From the NCBI GenBank assembly GCA_050015395.1, contig JBEKBM010000020.1, forward strand, positions 1 through 55,759: 55,759 nt of DNA, read 5' to 3'. The position numbers and the translations under genes were made by a program. This document shows positions 29,156 through 39,829 of this stretch, piece by piece (position 1 is the first letter of the stretch; every line of letters starts with the position of its first letter). This DNA is from Candidatus Bathyarchaeia archaeon. GTDB taxonomy: Archaea; Thermoproteota; Bathyarchaeia; Bathyarchaeales; Bathycorpusculaceae. Under the pieces are notes generated by a model. The model was not told where the DNA came from. It worked only from the letters and a program-made list of their open reading frames with translations, and searched no databases.

Positions 29156-29358
29156 TTATTCATGCGCCTGAGTATGTGTTTTTTCAGGGCTTCCATGCAT
29201 TTGTTCCATGTGCAGGTCAAGTTGGGTGTGGGTTTTGAAGGTTTTTCCGAATATTTGGCAGACTACTTTACCTGCTTCTAAGCCGCGTATGGGTCCTTAA
29301 TGCAATGGAGGCGCTTTAGGCAGAATGGACCGAGTTTTGAATTTTTACGTTCAACCAT
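29156..29358 (-). pseudogene. Degraded small C2H2 zinc-finger gene
   Basis: MVERKN.. [frameshift] SILPKAPPLH*GPIRGLEAGKVVCQIFGKTFKTHTQLDLHMEQMH...; C-x2-(C>F)-GKTF...L..H...H pattern. Confidence 0.55.
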
Positions 29359-29432
29359 AAAAACAGCACTTCATGATAAATAGAGGGTGACGGTTTTACG
29401 TATAGTTTAGCTTAAAATGGAAAAAGTGCTTT

Positions 29433-30029
29433 TTAGTTTGTTTTTGTTGTTTTTCCTAGTATGAGTATCATGGATTTTATCCATTGTTCGTGTACATCTT
29501 TGTTTGGGAATCCAAGGACCAGTTTTTCCATCGTTCCCATAAATAGTGCGGTGAAGAGTTCAGCTATGGTTTGAGCGTCAACGTCGGTTCTCATCAGACC
29601 TTGTTTCATTTTCGCTTCTACAAATGCTTGAACCGTTTCGACATCTCGTTGGTAATCATCCATGATGATTTTTTTAATTAGGGGATCATGTGAGGCCAAA
29701 GCGACTTGTTCGAAATGTCTGTGCAAGTTGCCCTTGTATCTTTCAGTCACCATGCTGTAAACTTCTTCAAACGCTTGCGTTAAATCAGGTTTTTCGGACG
29801 CTGTATTGATAATGGTTCTGAGTGTTTGGTGGGTTTGCAGATAAGTTTCTTTCAGGATGTCTTCTTTACTTTTAAAATATGAGTAGAGTGCGCCTTTGCT
29901 TACGCCGACTTCTTTGGCGACGTCGTCCATTGTTGAATCATGATACCCTTTTTTGGCAAAAACTATGCGAGCGGCTTCGATAATTTTCGATTTGGCTTCT
30001 TCTTTGTATTCGGGAACTACTTTAGGCAT
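29433..30029 (-). CDS. TetR/AcrR family transcriptional regulator
   Basis: KIIEAARIVFAKKGYHDSTMDDVAKEVGVSKGALYSYFKSKE. Confidence 0.93.
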   Translation of the reverse strand: MPKVVPEYKEEAKSKIIEAARIVFAKKGYHDSTMDDVAKEVGVSKGALYSYFKSKEDILKETYLQTHQTLRTIINTASEKPDLTQAFEEVYSMVTERYKGNLHRHFEQVALASHDPLIKKIIMDDYQRDVETVQAFVEAKMKQGLMRTDVDAQTIAELFTALFMGTMEKLVLGFPNKDVHEQWIKSMILILGKTTKTN

Positions 30030-30097
30030 GGTAACCATCATTAAATATAACCAGTTGACTTTAAAACATTACTATTAACGACGATAAGTATATTAAT

Positions 30098-30110
30098 TGA
30101 CTAATAGTCA
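30098..30110. promoter_or_regulatory. Probable TetR operator (TGACTA-A-TAGTCA) just downstream of the MFS gene TATA box
   Basis: Perfect 6-bp inverted repeat in the divergent tetR/MFS spacer, right after AAGTATATTAA. Confidence 0.55.
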
Positions 30111-30134
30111 CCATTATTAAAAAAGCGGTCTAAC

Positions 30135-31607
30135 ATGAACTCAAGCAGCATGCCCAGTTCAAACGCAAATGCCTCTAAAAGTGGCTTAAGTTACCCCACG
30201 AAAGTTCTACTAACCGTAACCGCCGTTTCACTGCTAGTCAACTATGTGGAAACTATGGTCATTCCAGGAATCCCAGTCATCCAAAAAGATTTATCAACAA
30301 CAGCAAACGTTGCGTCATGGATTACATCTGCCTTTCTAATTGTCGGAGCCGCAGTTTCGCCGCTGTTCGGAAAACTCGGCGACATCTATGGCAAGAAAAA
30401 AATCTTTCTCACAGTCTTACTTTTCTACATTGCAGGAGTAGGATTAGCCGGTTTTTCTCCAAACATAGACATGCTAATCGCCTCAAGAGCTATTCAAGGC
30501 GTGGGCTTTGCCATAATCCCATTAGGCTTAGCTATAATCACTGACATTTTCCCCAAAGAAAGAGTAGCGACTGCTCAAGGTATAATCAGCGGAACCTTCG
30601 CCATAGGCGCCGCAGCTGGTCTAGTCATAGGTGCTTATGTTGTGCAAGACCTCAGTTGGCATTGGGCTTTTCACACCGCCTTCATACTTAGCATAGTCCT
30701 ATTCTTCCTTGTCGCAGTAATGCTCAAAAAAGATGTCCCTGGCGAAAAGAGCAAGGTTGACTTCACAGGTGCAACGATACTGATGGCTGGTATAGTTCTC
30801 GTGCTGATATACTTAACAGAGGCACCAACCTTAGGCTGGCTATCCTACGAAAACATTGCATTCCTTATACCAGGATTAATCTTAACCGTTTACTTCTTTG
30901 TCTTTGAAAACAAACGCACCAGCCCGCTTATTCAATTAAGCTTGCTAAAAATCAGGAACGTCCTCGTCGCAAACTTGGTTGGCATAATGTCTAGCCTTTC
31001 CATGTTTCTAGTGTTCTTTGCTGTCATCTATTACGCTCAGTATCCTGCACCGTACGGACTAGGACTTGACATTGTCACTACGGGACTGACACTTGCACCT
31101 GCAACACTCGTAATGCTTGTAGTAGGGCCAATTATGGGTAGACTTGTAACCAGAATAGGACCAAAACCCATACTTGCTCTAGGCGCATCCGTCAGCATCA
31201 TTGGTCTGCTACTATTCACTTTCTATAGAGGAACCACAACAGAACTGACCATAGACGTTGCCGTTGCACTCGTCGGACTCGTGTCCCTGATTATACCAAT
31301 AGTAAACATGATTTCAATATCAGTGCCCAGAGAAAACACAGCAGTAGGCTTAGGAATGAATACCATGCTGCGAAACCTTGGAGGCGCAATTGGTCCAGTC
31401 CTCGCCACCACTATAATGTCAACGTACTATGACACTGTAAAGTTACCTGTACCGCCATACGTTATGACGTTTGGAAATAAAACAGCCTTTAACACAATCT
31501 TCGTCACAGGCATTGCTTTAATGATAGTAATAATTGCCCTAAGCTTAACAATCAAAAACTACACTTTCGCCAAAAACAGCGCCGAAACAAAAACGCAGAA
31601 AACATAG
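30135..31607 (+). CDS. MFS efflux transporter (DHA2, about 14 TM)
   Basis: WITSAFL, GKLGDIYGKKK (motif A), RAIQGVG and RNLGGAIG. Confidence 0.92.
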   Translation: MNSSSMPSSNANASKSGLSYPTKVLLTVTAVSLLVNYVETMVIPGIPVIQKDLSTTANVASWITSAFLIVGAAVSPLFGKLGDIYGKKKIFLTVLLFYIAGVGLAGFSPNIDMLIASRAIQGVGFAIIPLGLAIITDIFPKERVATAQGIISGTFAIGAAAGLVIGAYVVQDLSWHWAFHTAFILSIVLFFLVAVMLKKDVPGEKSKVDFTGATILMAGIVLVLIYLTEAPTLGWLSYENIAFLIPGLILTVYFFVFENKRTSPLIQLSLLKIRNVLVANLVGIMSSLSMFLVFFAVIYYAQYPAPYGLGLDIVTTGLTLAPATLVMLVVGPIMGRLVTRIGPKPILALGASVSIIGLLLFTFYRGTTTELTIDVAVALVGLVSLIIPIVNMISISVPRENTAVGLGMNTMLRNLGGAIGPVLATTIMSTYYDTVKLPVPPYVMTFGNKTAFNTIFVTGIALMIVIIALSLTIKNYTFAKNSAETKTQKT

Positions 31608-31995
31608 AGACATAAAATTGAATGACACAAACACCACCTTTCCATTTTTATTTTCCAACTTAGAAAACAATTTCTAAAACGCGATTCAGCTTGTGCTGCT
31701 CCTATTGGACATTGACTTAAATGGAGAAAAGAGACGTTCTAGTTGATTTAAGCGCTAAGGAATCTCAGCGGTAAATAGGGCTCACTTTTAGCTGGTGAAT
31801 TACATAACAAAAGGATAGGGCGAGGGTAGGTCAATTTTGTTGATAATTATTCTAGCTAAATTGAGGTAGTGGGAGGGACCTGCTTTTTAGCTAGTAAAAC
31901 TATGTCTAAACAGTGGACAAGGGGGGTCAAACAGGCCTTATACGCTCCTAATGAACGCCGGCTTTTAAAGTTGAGAAATAAAAAAAGTTGGGTTT

Positions 31996-32643
31996 TTATT
32001 GTGGTAATTGTTTTCCGCAGTGAGGACAAAAAGCGGTGTTTGGCTCTACAGGTGCGCCGCAGTTGGGGCAGTATCGTGTTGCTTGTGTTGGCTGTGCTAC
32101 TGGTGGTGTAGAAGGTGGAGTATAACCAGATGGTTGTGAAGCGTATGGTTGCTGTGGTTGAAGTCTCATGGAGAAGAAGCCTATTGTGGCAAATATCCAA
32201 GCGATGAATATCAGTATTAAGCCAACAAAAATTATCGTCAGTATGGCGCCCCACCATAGCAAATTGCCTGCAGTGTTAAAGGATTGCTCGCCGGTTCTTT
32301 GGGCAAGCAATGAAAATGCTTGTCTAAAATGCATCGCCATCAGTAAGTAGAAGACGAAGACGACTACAAGTGCGCCAAAAACGATAATCAAAGCGCCAAA
32401 TCCGAACGTAAAGACACCCACTGCAAAAGCAAGCACAATACCTGCGGCGAATGCTACTGATCCGATGATCCCAAAGATAAGGCCACTGAGCGCGTTTTGA
32501 TAAATCCCCGGCTCCTTATAGTATTCTGACATTCCTTTCATGCCGATGAAAACAAGGATTATGCCTATGATGCTGACAAATGGGAAGATGAGAAGTATTG
32601 ATCCTATGCCTGCGAGATTTTTATCTGATTCTAAGCTACTCAT
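31996..32643 (-). CDS. DUF996-like membrane protein with C-terminal zinc ribbon
   Basis: K.LAGIGSIL, F.TAG.LLWWGAILTII and a Pro/Gln linker to YCPNCG...FCPHCG. Confidence 0.8.
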   Translation of the reverse strand: MSSLESDKNLAGIGSILLIFPFVSIIGIILVFIGMKGMSEYYKEPGIYQNALSGLIFGIIGSVAFAAGIVLAFAVGVFTFGFGALIIVFGALVVVFVFYLLMAMHFRQAFSLLAQRTGEQSFNTAGNLLWWGAILTIIFVGLILIFIAWIFATIGFFSMRLQPQQPYASQPSGYTPPSTPPVAQPTQATRYCPNCGAPVEPNTAFCPHCGKQLPQ

Positions 32644-32768
32644 TTGTGTTTTCCTCAATAATCGGCATTTATAATGTCAACAGATAAAAGCTTTTGCAAT
32701 CGTGTTAACGTTAACATGATTAGCACCATACAATAAATAACCGAATTTCCCTATAAAATAGTAAAGAA

Positions 32769-34304
32769 GTGGCAAAAGTGAGCATCTCTGCAGTTTACAA
32801 AGAATTATTAGCAAAAACTAAAGATGCTACAGTGTTTGGAACCGCTGAGGGCATAATTCACTGGGACATGGAAACCGTGATGCCGCCTGGTGCAGTAGAG
32901 CAAAGAAGCCTGCAACTGTCCTTATTAACTCGTATTCATCACCAAATGAGCACTAACCCACAAATAGGAAAACTATTAGCTACCATACAAGCAAACCCCG
33001 AGTATGAAGCGCTGGGGCAAGCCGAGAAACGCAATATTTTCCTAATCAACAAAAGCTACCGAGAACAAACTAGTTTGCCAGAAAAATTGGTGGCTGAACT
33101 TGCTAAGCAAGAGGTAATAACAGTGAACGTTTGGAAAAAAGCTAAAGCCCAAAAAAACTTTAGCCTCTTCAAGCCTGATTTGCAAAAGCTTTTGAACTTA
33201 AGCAAGGAAGCTGCAGAAATCCTCATGAAGGTTAAGGAAACCAAAACGCCATATGAAGCCTTAGTCGACAATTTTGAGCCTAAAATGACCGCTAACCAGA
33301 TTACGGCAATATTTAACCAACTCCAAGGCGGCTTGAAACAGCTGATAAGTAAGATCCAATCTAGCCAAAGCAAGCCTGATACAGCAATACTTCATCAGCC
33401 AGTTCCAGCAGAGAACCAGCGCAAAATTGCGCAACTCTTAACACAGACATTAGGTTACGACACTGCCTCTCCTGCGGCACATGGGAGAATTGATGAGACA
33501 GAACACCCTTTTACCACAGGCTATTATGATGATGTGCGCATAACGACCCATTATTACCCAAGCAATTATGCTAGCTCAATCTTCTCTGTACTTCACGAGA
33601 GTGGACATGCGCTCTATGAGCAGAACCTTAACCCAAAATGGAAATATCAACCAATAGGCTCCACCTGCTCCTATGGAATACATGAGTCGCAATCACGCTT
33701 TTATGAAAACGTAATTGGCCGCTCGAAAGAGTTTTGGACAAGCTTTATGCCTAAACTTAAAAAAGCAGCGCCCAGCCTTGCAAACGTTGAATTAGACAAG
33801 TTTGTCAGAGCTATCAACAAGGTTGAGCTTTCAAAAATCCGCATTGAAGCCGACGAGGTAACATACAACTTGCATGTGATTATTCGCTTTGAAATTGAAA
33901 GAGACCTTTTCGCCGATAAAATCGCAGTCAACGAGCTCCCTGAGGCTTGGAACCAGAAATACGCTGATTATCTAGGCGTAAAAGTTGAAGATGACTCAGA
34001 AGGAGTAATGCAGGACACGCATTGGGCAAGCGGCTTATATGGTTATTTCCCAAGCTACGCGCTTGGCAACATTTACAGTGGACAAATAACCGCTACAATC
34101 AACAAAGACCTGCCGGATTGGCGCAATCAGCTTGCATTGGGAAAACTAAACCACGTTAACGATTGGCTAAAGAGAAATATTCACAGCCAAGGAGACCTCT
34201 ATGACCCAGAAGAACTAATCAAGAAAGCGACTGGAAGAAACCTGAATTCTGAACCGTACCTGCAATATTTAAATGAAAAATACGGTAACATTTACGGATT
34301 TTAA
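32769..34304 (+). CDS. Carboxypeptidase, M32 family (Taq-type)
   Basis: HWDMET.MP, HPF, DVRITT, HESGHALYEQ, HESQS, IRIEADE, QDTHW and GYFPSYALG. Confidence 0.95.
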   Translation: MAKVSISAVYKELLAKTKDATVFGTAEGIIHWDMETVMPPGAVEQRSLQLSLLTRIHHQMSTNPQIGKLLATIQANPEYEALGQAEKRNIFLINKSYREQTSLPEKLVAELAKQEVITVNVWKKAKAQKNFSLFKPDLQKLLNLSKEAAEILMKVKETKTPYEALVDNFEPKMTANQITAIFNQLQGGLKQLISKIQSSQSKPDTAILHQPVPAENQRKIAQLLTQTLGYDTASPAAHGRIDETEHPFTTGYYDDVRITTHYYPSNYASSIFSVLHESGHALYEQNLNPKWKYQPIGSTCSYGIHESQSRFYENVIGRSKEFWTSFMPKLKKAAPSLANVELDKFVRAINKVELSKIRIEADEVTYNLHVIIRFEIERDLFADKIAVNELPEAWNQKYADYLGVKVEDDSEGVMQDTHWASGLYGYFPSYALGNIYSGQITATINKDLPDWRNQLALGKLNHVNDWLKRNIHSQGDLYDPEELIKKATGRNLNSEPYLQYLNEKYGNIYGF

Positions 34305-34483
34305 GCAGACGGTTTCTTAGTCAATTCCTTGTGTATGTATATAATAAGATAGGCTGCGATTGAACCGATGAACAGGTAAACGCCAGTGTAACCGATAATT
34401 GCATTATAAATGTTGGCTCCGTATAGGAACAGCAAAAAACCAAGTATGAATATTCCTAAGCATGCCCAGTCAGTCCAAGACAT
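34301..34483 (-). CDS. Small two-TM membrane protein
   Basis: 60-aa ORF with two hydrophobic helices; convergent with and overlapping the M32 stop. Confidence 0.6.
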   Translation of the reverse strand: MSWTDWACLGIFILGFLLFLYGANIYNAIIGYTGVYLFIGSIAAYLIIYIHKELTKKPSA

Positions 34484-34699
34484 CCGATTGCCTCATAATG
34501 AGGCATTCAATAAAACTTCAAGGTATATAGATTTACCGCTGGACCTTTTTCCCGAGGCAAGTTGTTACGGCTGCCCCAAAGAAAACAAACATTAAACGAC
34601 AACCTACCGCTAAAACCACCCCAACGCCCCCTAATACTTTTCAAACCTTCCGACATTCTTATATATAAGATAATATACAGAGAGCGCTGAGGCTAAAAA

Positions 34700-36142
34700 A
34701 TGTCGGGAGCAGATGTTAAAAAGCCAGAAACTCGAGAAGAATTTATAAAAATCTTGACCGAAGCAGCAAAAAAAGAAGTTGGCTCAAAAAATAAGCCGAC
34801 AAAACCGACAATTGTCGGAACAGCAAAAGAATTGGAGATCCACAGAGATACACTTTACACTTGGTTAAAAGAGTTTAATGTCGATTTCAAAGAGATTGTT
34901 GAGCGCATACCGACAACTGTTGCAGACGCCCCAGATGAATATTCAGGAAGCACTTACTTAATCGGCGAATCTCTGGTCGGAGAAGGAAACGAAGTTGCAC
35001 ACATCGACCTGATGATAGGTGACAAGAATGGCCCAGTTGGCCAAGCATTCGCTAATGGCATGACAAGTTTATCAGCCGGTCATACGCCACTGCTGGCAGT
35101 CATAAGACCGAACTTGCCGCCGAAACCCCACACGCTAATAGTACCTAAGGTAACCATTAAGAACATGGCGGACACAGGAAAAATTTTTGGTCCAGCACAA
35201 GCAGCAGTTGCCAAAGCTATCGCTGATTCTGCAGAAGAAGGAATTATTCCCGCAGACAAACTTGATGAGTGGGTTATAATTTGCAGCGTGTTTGTTCATC
35301 CGCAAGCAAGCGATTACCGAAGAATATACCAGTATAATTATGGCGCGACAAAAATGGCGCTTCAGCGAGCATTAAAGAAGTACCCATCACAGGAAAAGAT
35401 AATTTATGAGAAAGACCGCGCAAAGCATCCGATAATGGGCTTTAAAGTTCCACGCTTATGGAGACCCCCATACCTGCAGATTTCTATGGATGCACCTGAG
35501 CTTGAGAAAACCAAGAAAATCCTCGCTCAGCTTCCAGGAAGTGACAGAATCATCATTGAAGCCGGAACACCACTAATCAAACGTTATGGAACAAGAGTAA
35601 TCAGCGACCTGAGACAAGTAGCGAAAGACTCGTTCATTGTTGCAGACCTAAAAACGCTTGATGTTGGAAAAGTCGAAGTAGACATAGCATATGAAGACAC
35701 GGCAGACGCAGTGGTTGCTGCTGGACTTGCGCCTCCTGAAACTCTTGATGCGTTCGTTCATGAAGCCAAAAGACTTGGAATATACGCGGTTATAGACATG
35801 TTGAACGTTGAAGATGTTCTTGGAAAACTTAAGTCACTCAAAGAGTTCCCAGACGTCGTAATATTGCACAGAGGAATAGATCAAGAAAGCGGAAGAACCT
35901 GCGGACTTGAACGTATAAAAATAATACGCGAAGCTTTCCCAAACAAGAAATTCCTAATAGCGGTTGCAGGCGGAATAGTACCAGAAACAGCCAAAGAAGC
36001 TTTAGAGCAGGGCGCTGACATCCTAATCGTCGGAAGATACGTTACCCAGTCGAAAGACATTGAACGGTCAGTTAGAGACTTCCTTGAGCTAACACCAGCC
36101 ATGCGTGAAGACATCGACCTATTCAGAGTCCACACAGAATAA
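34700..36142 (+). CDS. fae-hps: Bifunctional formaldehyde-activating enzyme / 3-hexulose-6-phosphate synthase with extra N-terminal HTH-like domain
   Basis: Fae: [25 protein letters not shown] and FGPAQAAVA. Hps: [27 protein letters not shown] and VAGG. Confidence 0.92.
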   Translation: MSGADVKKPETREEFIKILTEAAKKEVGSKNKPTKPTIVGTAKELEIHRDTLYTWLKEFNVDFKEIVERIPTTVADAPDEYSGSTYLIGESLVGEGNEVAHIDLMIGDKNGPVGQAFANGMTSLSAGHTPLLAVIRPNLPPKPHTLIVPKVTIKNMADTGKIFGPAQAAVAKAIADSAEEGIIPADKLDEWVIICSVFVHPQASDYRRIYQYNYGATKMALQRALKKYPSQEKIIYEKDRAKHPIMGFKVPRLWRPPYLQISMDAPELEKTKKILAQLPGSDRIIIEAGTPLIKRYGTRVISDLRQVAKDSFIVADLKTLDVGKVEVDIAYEDTADAVVAAGLAPPETLDAFVHEAKRLGIYAVIDMLNVEDVLGKLKSLKEFPDVVILHRGIDQESGRTCGLERIKIIREAFPNKKFLIAVAGGIVPETAKEALEQGADILIVGRYVTQSKDIERSVRDFLELTPAMREDIDLFRVHTE

Positions 36143-36608
36143 ACCCGAGCGCAAACTCACCAATTTTTTCTTTCATTTGTCTTCTTTTGTTTTTTATTTG
36201 CTACTCAAGGAGCAAAAAATGTTTTTCTATTTTTCGAATAAGCCAAAACACCAGCTGCCTTAACGCTTACCTGCTGCCTATTTGGAATAAGTTATAGCTG
36301 TTTTTAATTTTAAGATATTATTCACTTTTCAGTTACCCCGCAATTGAGGAGATAAGCCTTTTCTAGATGGTTTATTAGGCGTAAACATTCCTCTGTACAG
36401 TTATTTAACATGCAAAAGCAACCATTTCATGTTGAAAAGCGAAGGCGTCGCTTCCATGTTGAAGTATGTTAAATCATATTTGGGGCATATTAGAAGCATA
36501 AGGTAGATCGGGAGGGGTAGGTTGTAAGAGCAAACACGACCCGCCCTATAGGGTACCCTACTATTTGTGACAAAATTCCACCACAAAAATGGCATGCAAC
36601 TTGATGCT

Positions 36609-37838
36609 TTAACGGAACAGTTTCAGAGCTAAGAAGGCGACTAAGAAAATCACGGCGGTTATGACGAACATTGGAACATAATTCAGGTGAAAAGCAAGGA
36701 AAGGCCCGAGAAAAGCGCCCATTGCGGATCCTAACCCGACCATTCCATCGAAAAGCCCTGCCTTGCCCTGCGGTATAACCTCCATCGACAGCGAAAGCAT
36801 CATGATATAGTACATGGCATACGCAAACCCGATAAAAATCAGCAGGACGCCCGTCATAATCTTAGGTGAAAAATGCAATAGAATAACCCCTACCAGTATG
36901 AAGATGATTATGCTACGTGAAAGCACAAAACGGGGCATCTGCTTTCTTATATCCATTGACTGCGCCCGGCGACCAATCAGGAAGTAACCTGTCGTCCCCC
37001 CAACGGAGTTTAAAATATACGCAACATAAACCCAACTTGTCGACAAACCTAAACCCTGCCTAAGAAAAATCGGCAAAGGCGTAAAGAACAGACTCGTCGC
37101 AAGAGCAAACAAAACTATTGCAGCGACGAACCCAGCGAAACTGTCCTCCTTAAGCGAACCATCCCAGCGCAGCCCATCCATAAGCCTCGATGAACCCTCA
37201 AAACCACGATTAGCATAATCCATCTTCCTCTCGATACCAACCAGTCGCCTCTCAAAAATCATCAACGGGTCCGCAACTAGCAGCACCGCCAGAATCAACG
37301 CCACTACGCTTAGGCCACTGCATAGATAAAGCGTGTAGGTCGACAGCACAGAGAAGCTAAGAGTAGACGCAAACATGAATATCCCCATAGCCAAGCCGAT
37401 AATCGTGCCAATTTCGGTGATACCCTCATAAAACCCGAAAGCTCTCTCCCAATTATTGCGGCTGTAATGCTCAGTGACAAGAACATTCTTCGGCGATTCA
37501 TGCGCCACATGAAGCATCTGCATAGCCACGTACAAGGCAACAAAGAAAATTAGATTCTGAGCAAATGGAAGCGTCATGAGGAAAAGAATTATAGCTATTG
37601 AAGCGAAAGAAAGGAGAATAAACACTTTGTAGTGACGGGTGGCGTCACAGAGGTAGCCCCAGAGAAATGAGGCAGGGATGGAGCAGAATATCGCAATTGA
37701 CATCATAACTCCCAGAGCAAGCAGCGGTCCGCCTAAGATGCTGGTATTTTTGAAAACTATCACGTATAGCGGTATGAATACCGTTAATAATCCGAACGCC
37801 ATGTCATGGAAGAAGAACCCTAGCCGCCACATAGCCAT
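36609..37838 (-). CDS. MFS transporter
   Basis: About 12 hydrophobic segments; WGYLCD..RHYK motif-A-like loop. Confidence 0.85.
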   Translation of the reverse strand: MAMWRLGFFFHDMAFGLLTVFIPLYVIVFKNTSILGGPLLALGVMMSIAIFCSIPASFLWGYLCDATRHYKVFILLSFASIAIILFLMTLPFAQNLIFFVALYVAMQMLHVAHESPKNVLVTEHYSRNNWERAFGFYEGITEIGTIIGLAMGIFMFASTLSFSVLSTYTLYLCSGLSVVALILAVLLVADPLMIFERRLVGIERKMDYANRGFEGSSRLMDGLRWDGSLKEDSFAGFVAAIVLFALATSLFFTPLPIFLRQGLGLSTSWVYVAYILNSVGGTTGYFLIGRRAQSMDIRKQMPRFVLSRSIIIFILVGVILLHFSPKIMTGVLLIFIGFAYAMYYIMMLSLSMEVIPQGKAGLFDGMVGLGSAMGAFLGPFLAFHLNYVPMFVITAVIFLVAFLALKLFR

Positions 37839-37901
37839 AGGACGACTTCAAAGTTAAATTAAAACGTTTACCTGAATAATCTAAACTCCCCTAAAAAGTC
37901 C

Positions 37902-37933
37902 GCATTGAGCCAATAAACTTCATAAATCCTTAA
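37902..37933 (+). repeat. Direct repeat copy A (GCATTGAGC-N7-CTTCATAAATCCTTAA)
   Basis: The 16-bp core 37918-37933 is identical to 43159-43174, with the same spacing to the upstream GCAT..AGC. Confidence 0.8.
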
Positions 37934-38067
37934 CATGAAGTCAATGGAGACATCTCCCGCAAATTTCCTCTCTTTTTTCGGTTTTATAGCAAATTTTTAC
38001 GGCTATTTTAATAGCTATTGCTTCATAATTAGTATGCCCGAAAGTTATTCGGTAGGCAGCAAAATCT

Positions 38068-38886
38068 ATGAGCAAAGAAAATACCGAGTTAAAAGGCAAA
38101 ATCATTGATTGGCTCCAAAAACAGGGTTATCCTTTTGAAATGAGTGTGGCTCGAAAGTTTAGAACTTTAGGATTTAACACTATGCAATCAGATTATTACA
38201 AGGACATTGACACGGAAGTCTCTCGTGAAATAGATGTAACTGCATATATTCAGAATGAAATTGATGGCGTTTTAATTCGCACAGAATTTTTCATAGAGTG
38301 CAAGTCGGCTAGAGATAAACCTTGGATCATTCTTACGTCTTCAGATATACACCTCGCAGATCCAGCAAGAATTGTCCAGCGAGCAGCTTCTAAACTTGGT
38401 CAAGCTTTTCTAAAAAGTGTTTCTAGGCGGGAAGACATTCTAAAATTGCCTGGATTTCTTATTCCTAACAGAGCAGGTTACGGCTTGATACAAGCATTTG
38501 GTGATCATGTTGATGTTCCCTATGGAGCGATTATGGGTGCGATTAAGGCTGCTGTAGCTGAAGTTAAAGCGATTGATAAATCTCCAACTTTTTCGAGACG
38601 AATCTGTCTTGTTTCCTTTCCAGTGGTTATTCTTGATGGCTCACTTTATGAGTGCTACTTGAACAAGGACGGTGAGGTAATTGTCGAAGAAGCAGAAATT
38701 GGGACATTATTATGGCGAAATCCAGTAGTTGGAATGCCGCATTCGATCGTGAATATTGTTCCAATGGGCTATATTGACACTTTTCTGAAAGGCGCAATTA
38801 AAACCTCACGGATGCTTACAGAAAATTGTTCAAGAGAATTGAATAGTGCAATAAGTGAGTTTAGGAAAGAAAAAGCACAAGCATGA
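38068..38886 (+). CDS. PD-(D/E)XK nuclease-fold protein
   Basis: QGYPFEM.VA, YKD......REIDV, FFIECKS..KPW and FPVVI..G.L. Confidence 0.7.
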   Translation: MSKENTELKGKIIDWLQKQGYPFEMSVARKFRTLGFNTMQSDYYKDIDTEVSREIDVTAYIQNEIDGVLIRTEFFIECKSARDKPWIILTSSDIHLADPARIVQRAASKLGQAFLKSVSRREDILKLPGFLIPNRAGYGLIQAFGDHVDVPYGAIMGAIKAAVAEVKAIDKSPTFSRRICLVSFPVVILDGSLYECYLNKDGEVIVEEAEIGTLLWRNPVVGMPHSIVNIVPMGYIDTFLKGAIKTSRMLTENCSRELNSAISEFRKEKAQA

Positions 38887-39052
38887 TAATTTGGACAAAA
38901 ATAAGTTACACTTTTCAATCTTCAGATTCACGCCCTCCTGGAGTTGGTTATTTATTGCTTCTATAAGCGTAAAGTAGCGAAATCTCCCGTATTTCCTTCT
39001 TTTTTTGTAAGAAACTTTACTTGTCCCTGATTCCCTTTGTCATAAATTTCTG

Positions 39053-39088
39053 GCATTGAGCAGAGTTCCATAAACCTTAAAAAGAGAC
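39053..39088 (+). repeat. Direct repeat copy B (degenerate), probable promoter of the protease operon
   Basis: GCATTGAGC-AGAGTT-CCATAAACCTTAA-AAAGAGAC, resembling copies A and C. Confidence 0.6.
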
Positions 39089-39156
39089 GGAGTTAATATT
39101 ATGCTATCTGCAATTTGTCCAGATGTAGTCTGGACAGTTCAGAGGTGAACTTAAAC

Positions 39157-39558
39157 ATGTCTGAAAATTTAGAACAAAGGGTAAAGTGCCTTGAGACGCA
39201 AAACAGACGTCTGTCTCTGGCGTTAAATGAGCTACAGTCTAAGCTAGAATCGCTGCAAAGAATTTTAGCCACTGCATCCGTACAACCCATGTCTTCAAGC
39301 AATCCTGTTACTACCGCCAAAGCTGAAAGGCTCAACAATCCACTAATTCCAGAAAGCCTAAACAAAACGCTGAGTGTGATTTCTCAAAAACGCAATGGAA
39401 TGATTACTTCTGATGATGTCTCAAAAGTTACTGGTCGGTCACGACATTTAGAGAGTGGTTATCTTTGTAGGCTTTATGAAAAGCATCTTGTGGACAGAAA
39501 TCGAGTGGGCAAAAAAGTCTATTATTCAGTTTCGACAATAATTGATCGGAAGAACTGA
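39157..39558 (+). CDS. Coiled-coil plus winged-helix DNA-binding protein
   Basis: GAGGTGA SD before the ATG at 39157; heptad N-terminus; ITSDDVSKVTGRSRHLESGYLCRL...RVGKKVYY. Confidence 0.8.
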   Translation: MSENLEQRVKCLETQNRRLSLALNELQSKLESLQRILATASVQPMSSSNPVTTAKAERLNNPLIPESLNKTLSVISQKRNGMITSDDVSKVTGRSRHLESGYLCRLYEKHLVDRNRVGKKVYYSVSTIIDRKN

Positions 39559-39560
39559 CA

Positions 39561-39824
39561 ATGACAGAAGATATAGTTGAGTTGGCAAGAGCGATTCATA
39601 AGTGTAAGCCGAACGCGACCATGCATGTAACTGTTTGGCTGCGAGATTATTCTGCAGAAAACGTTGAGACGTTGTCATCGAAAGGTCTCAAAGTGCGTAC
39701 GGTAATAGAACCTCTGAAGATGGTCACCGGTGAAGTTAAGGCGGAACCAACAATAGCTCAAGCAATACAAAATTTGGACATCGTCAAGAAAATGTCTCCT
39801 TCTTCTGAGCTTGAAGTCCTGTGA
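39561..39824 (+). CDS. Small protein resembling a stand-alone subtilisin propeptide/inhibitor (I9-like)
   Basis: 87 aa with a beta-alpha-beta-beta-alpha-beta-like pattern (HVTVWL...L...GLKV...MVTGEV...IQNLDIVKKM...LEVL), directly upstream of the S8 gene. Confidence 0.55.
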   Translation: MTEDIVELARAIHKCKPNATMHVTVWLRDYSAENVETLSSKGLKVRTVIEPLKMVTGEVKAEPTIAQAIQNLDIVKKMSPSSELEVL

Positions 39825-39829
39825 TGTAA

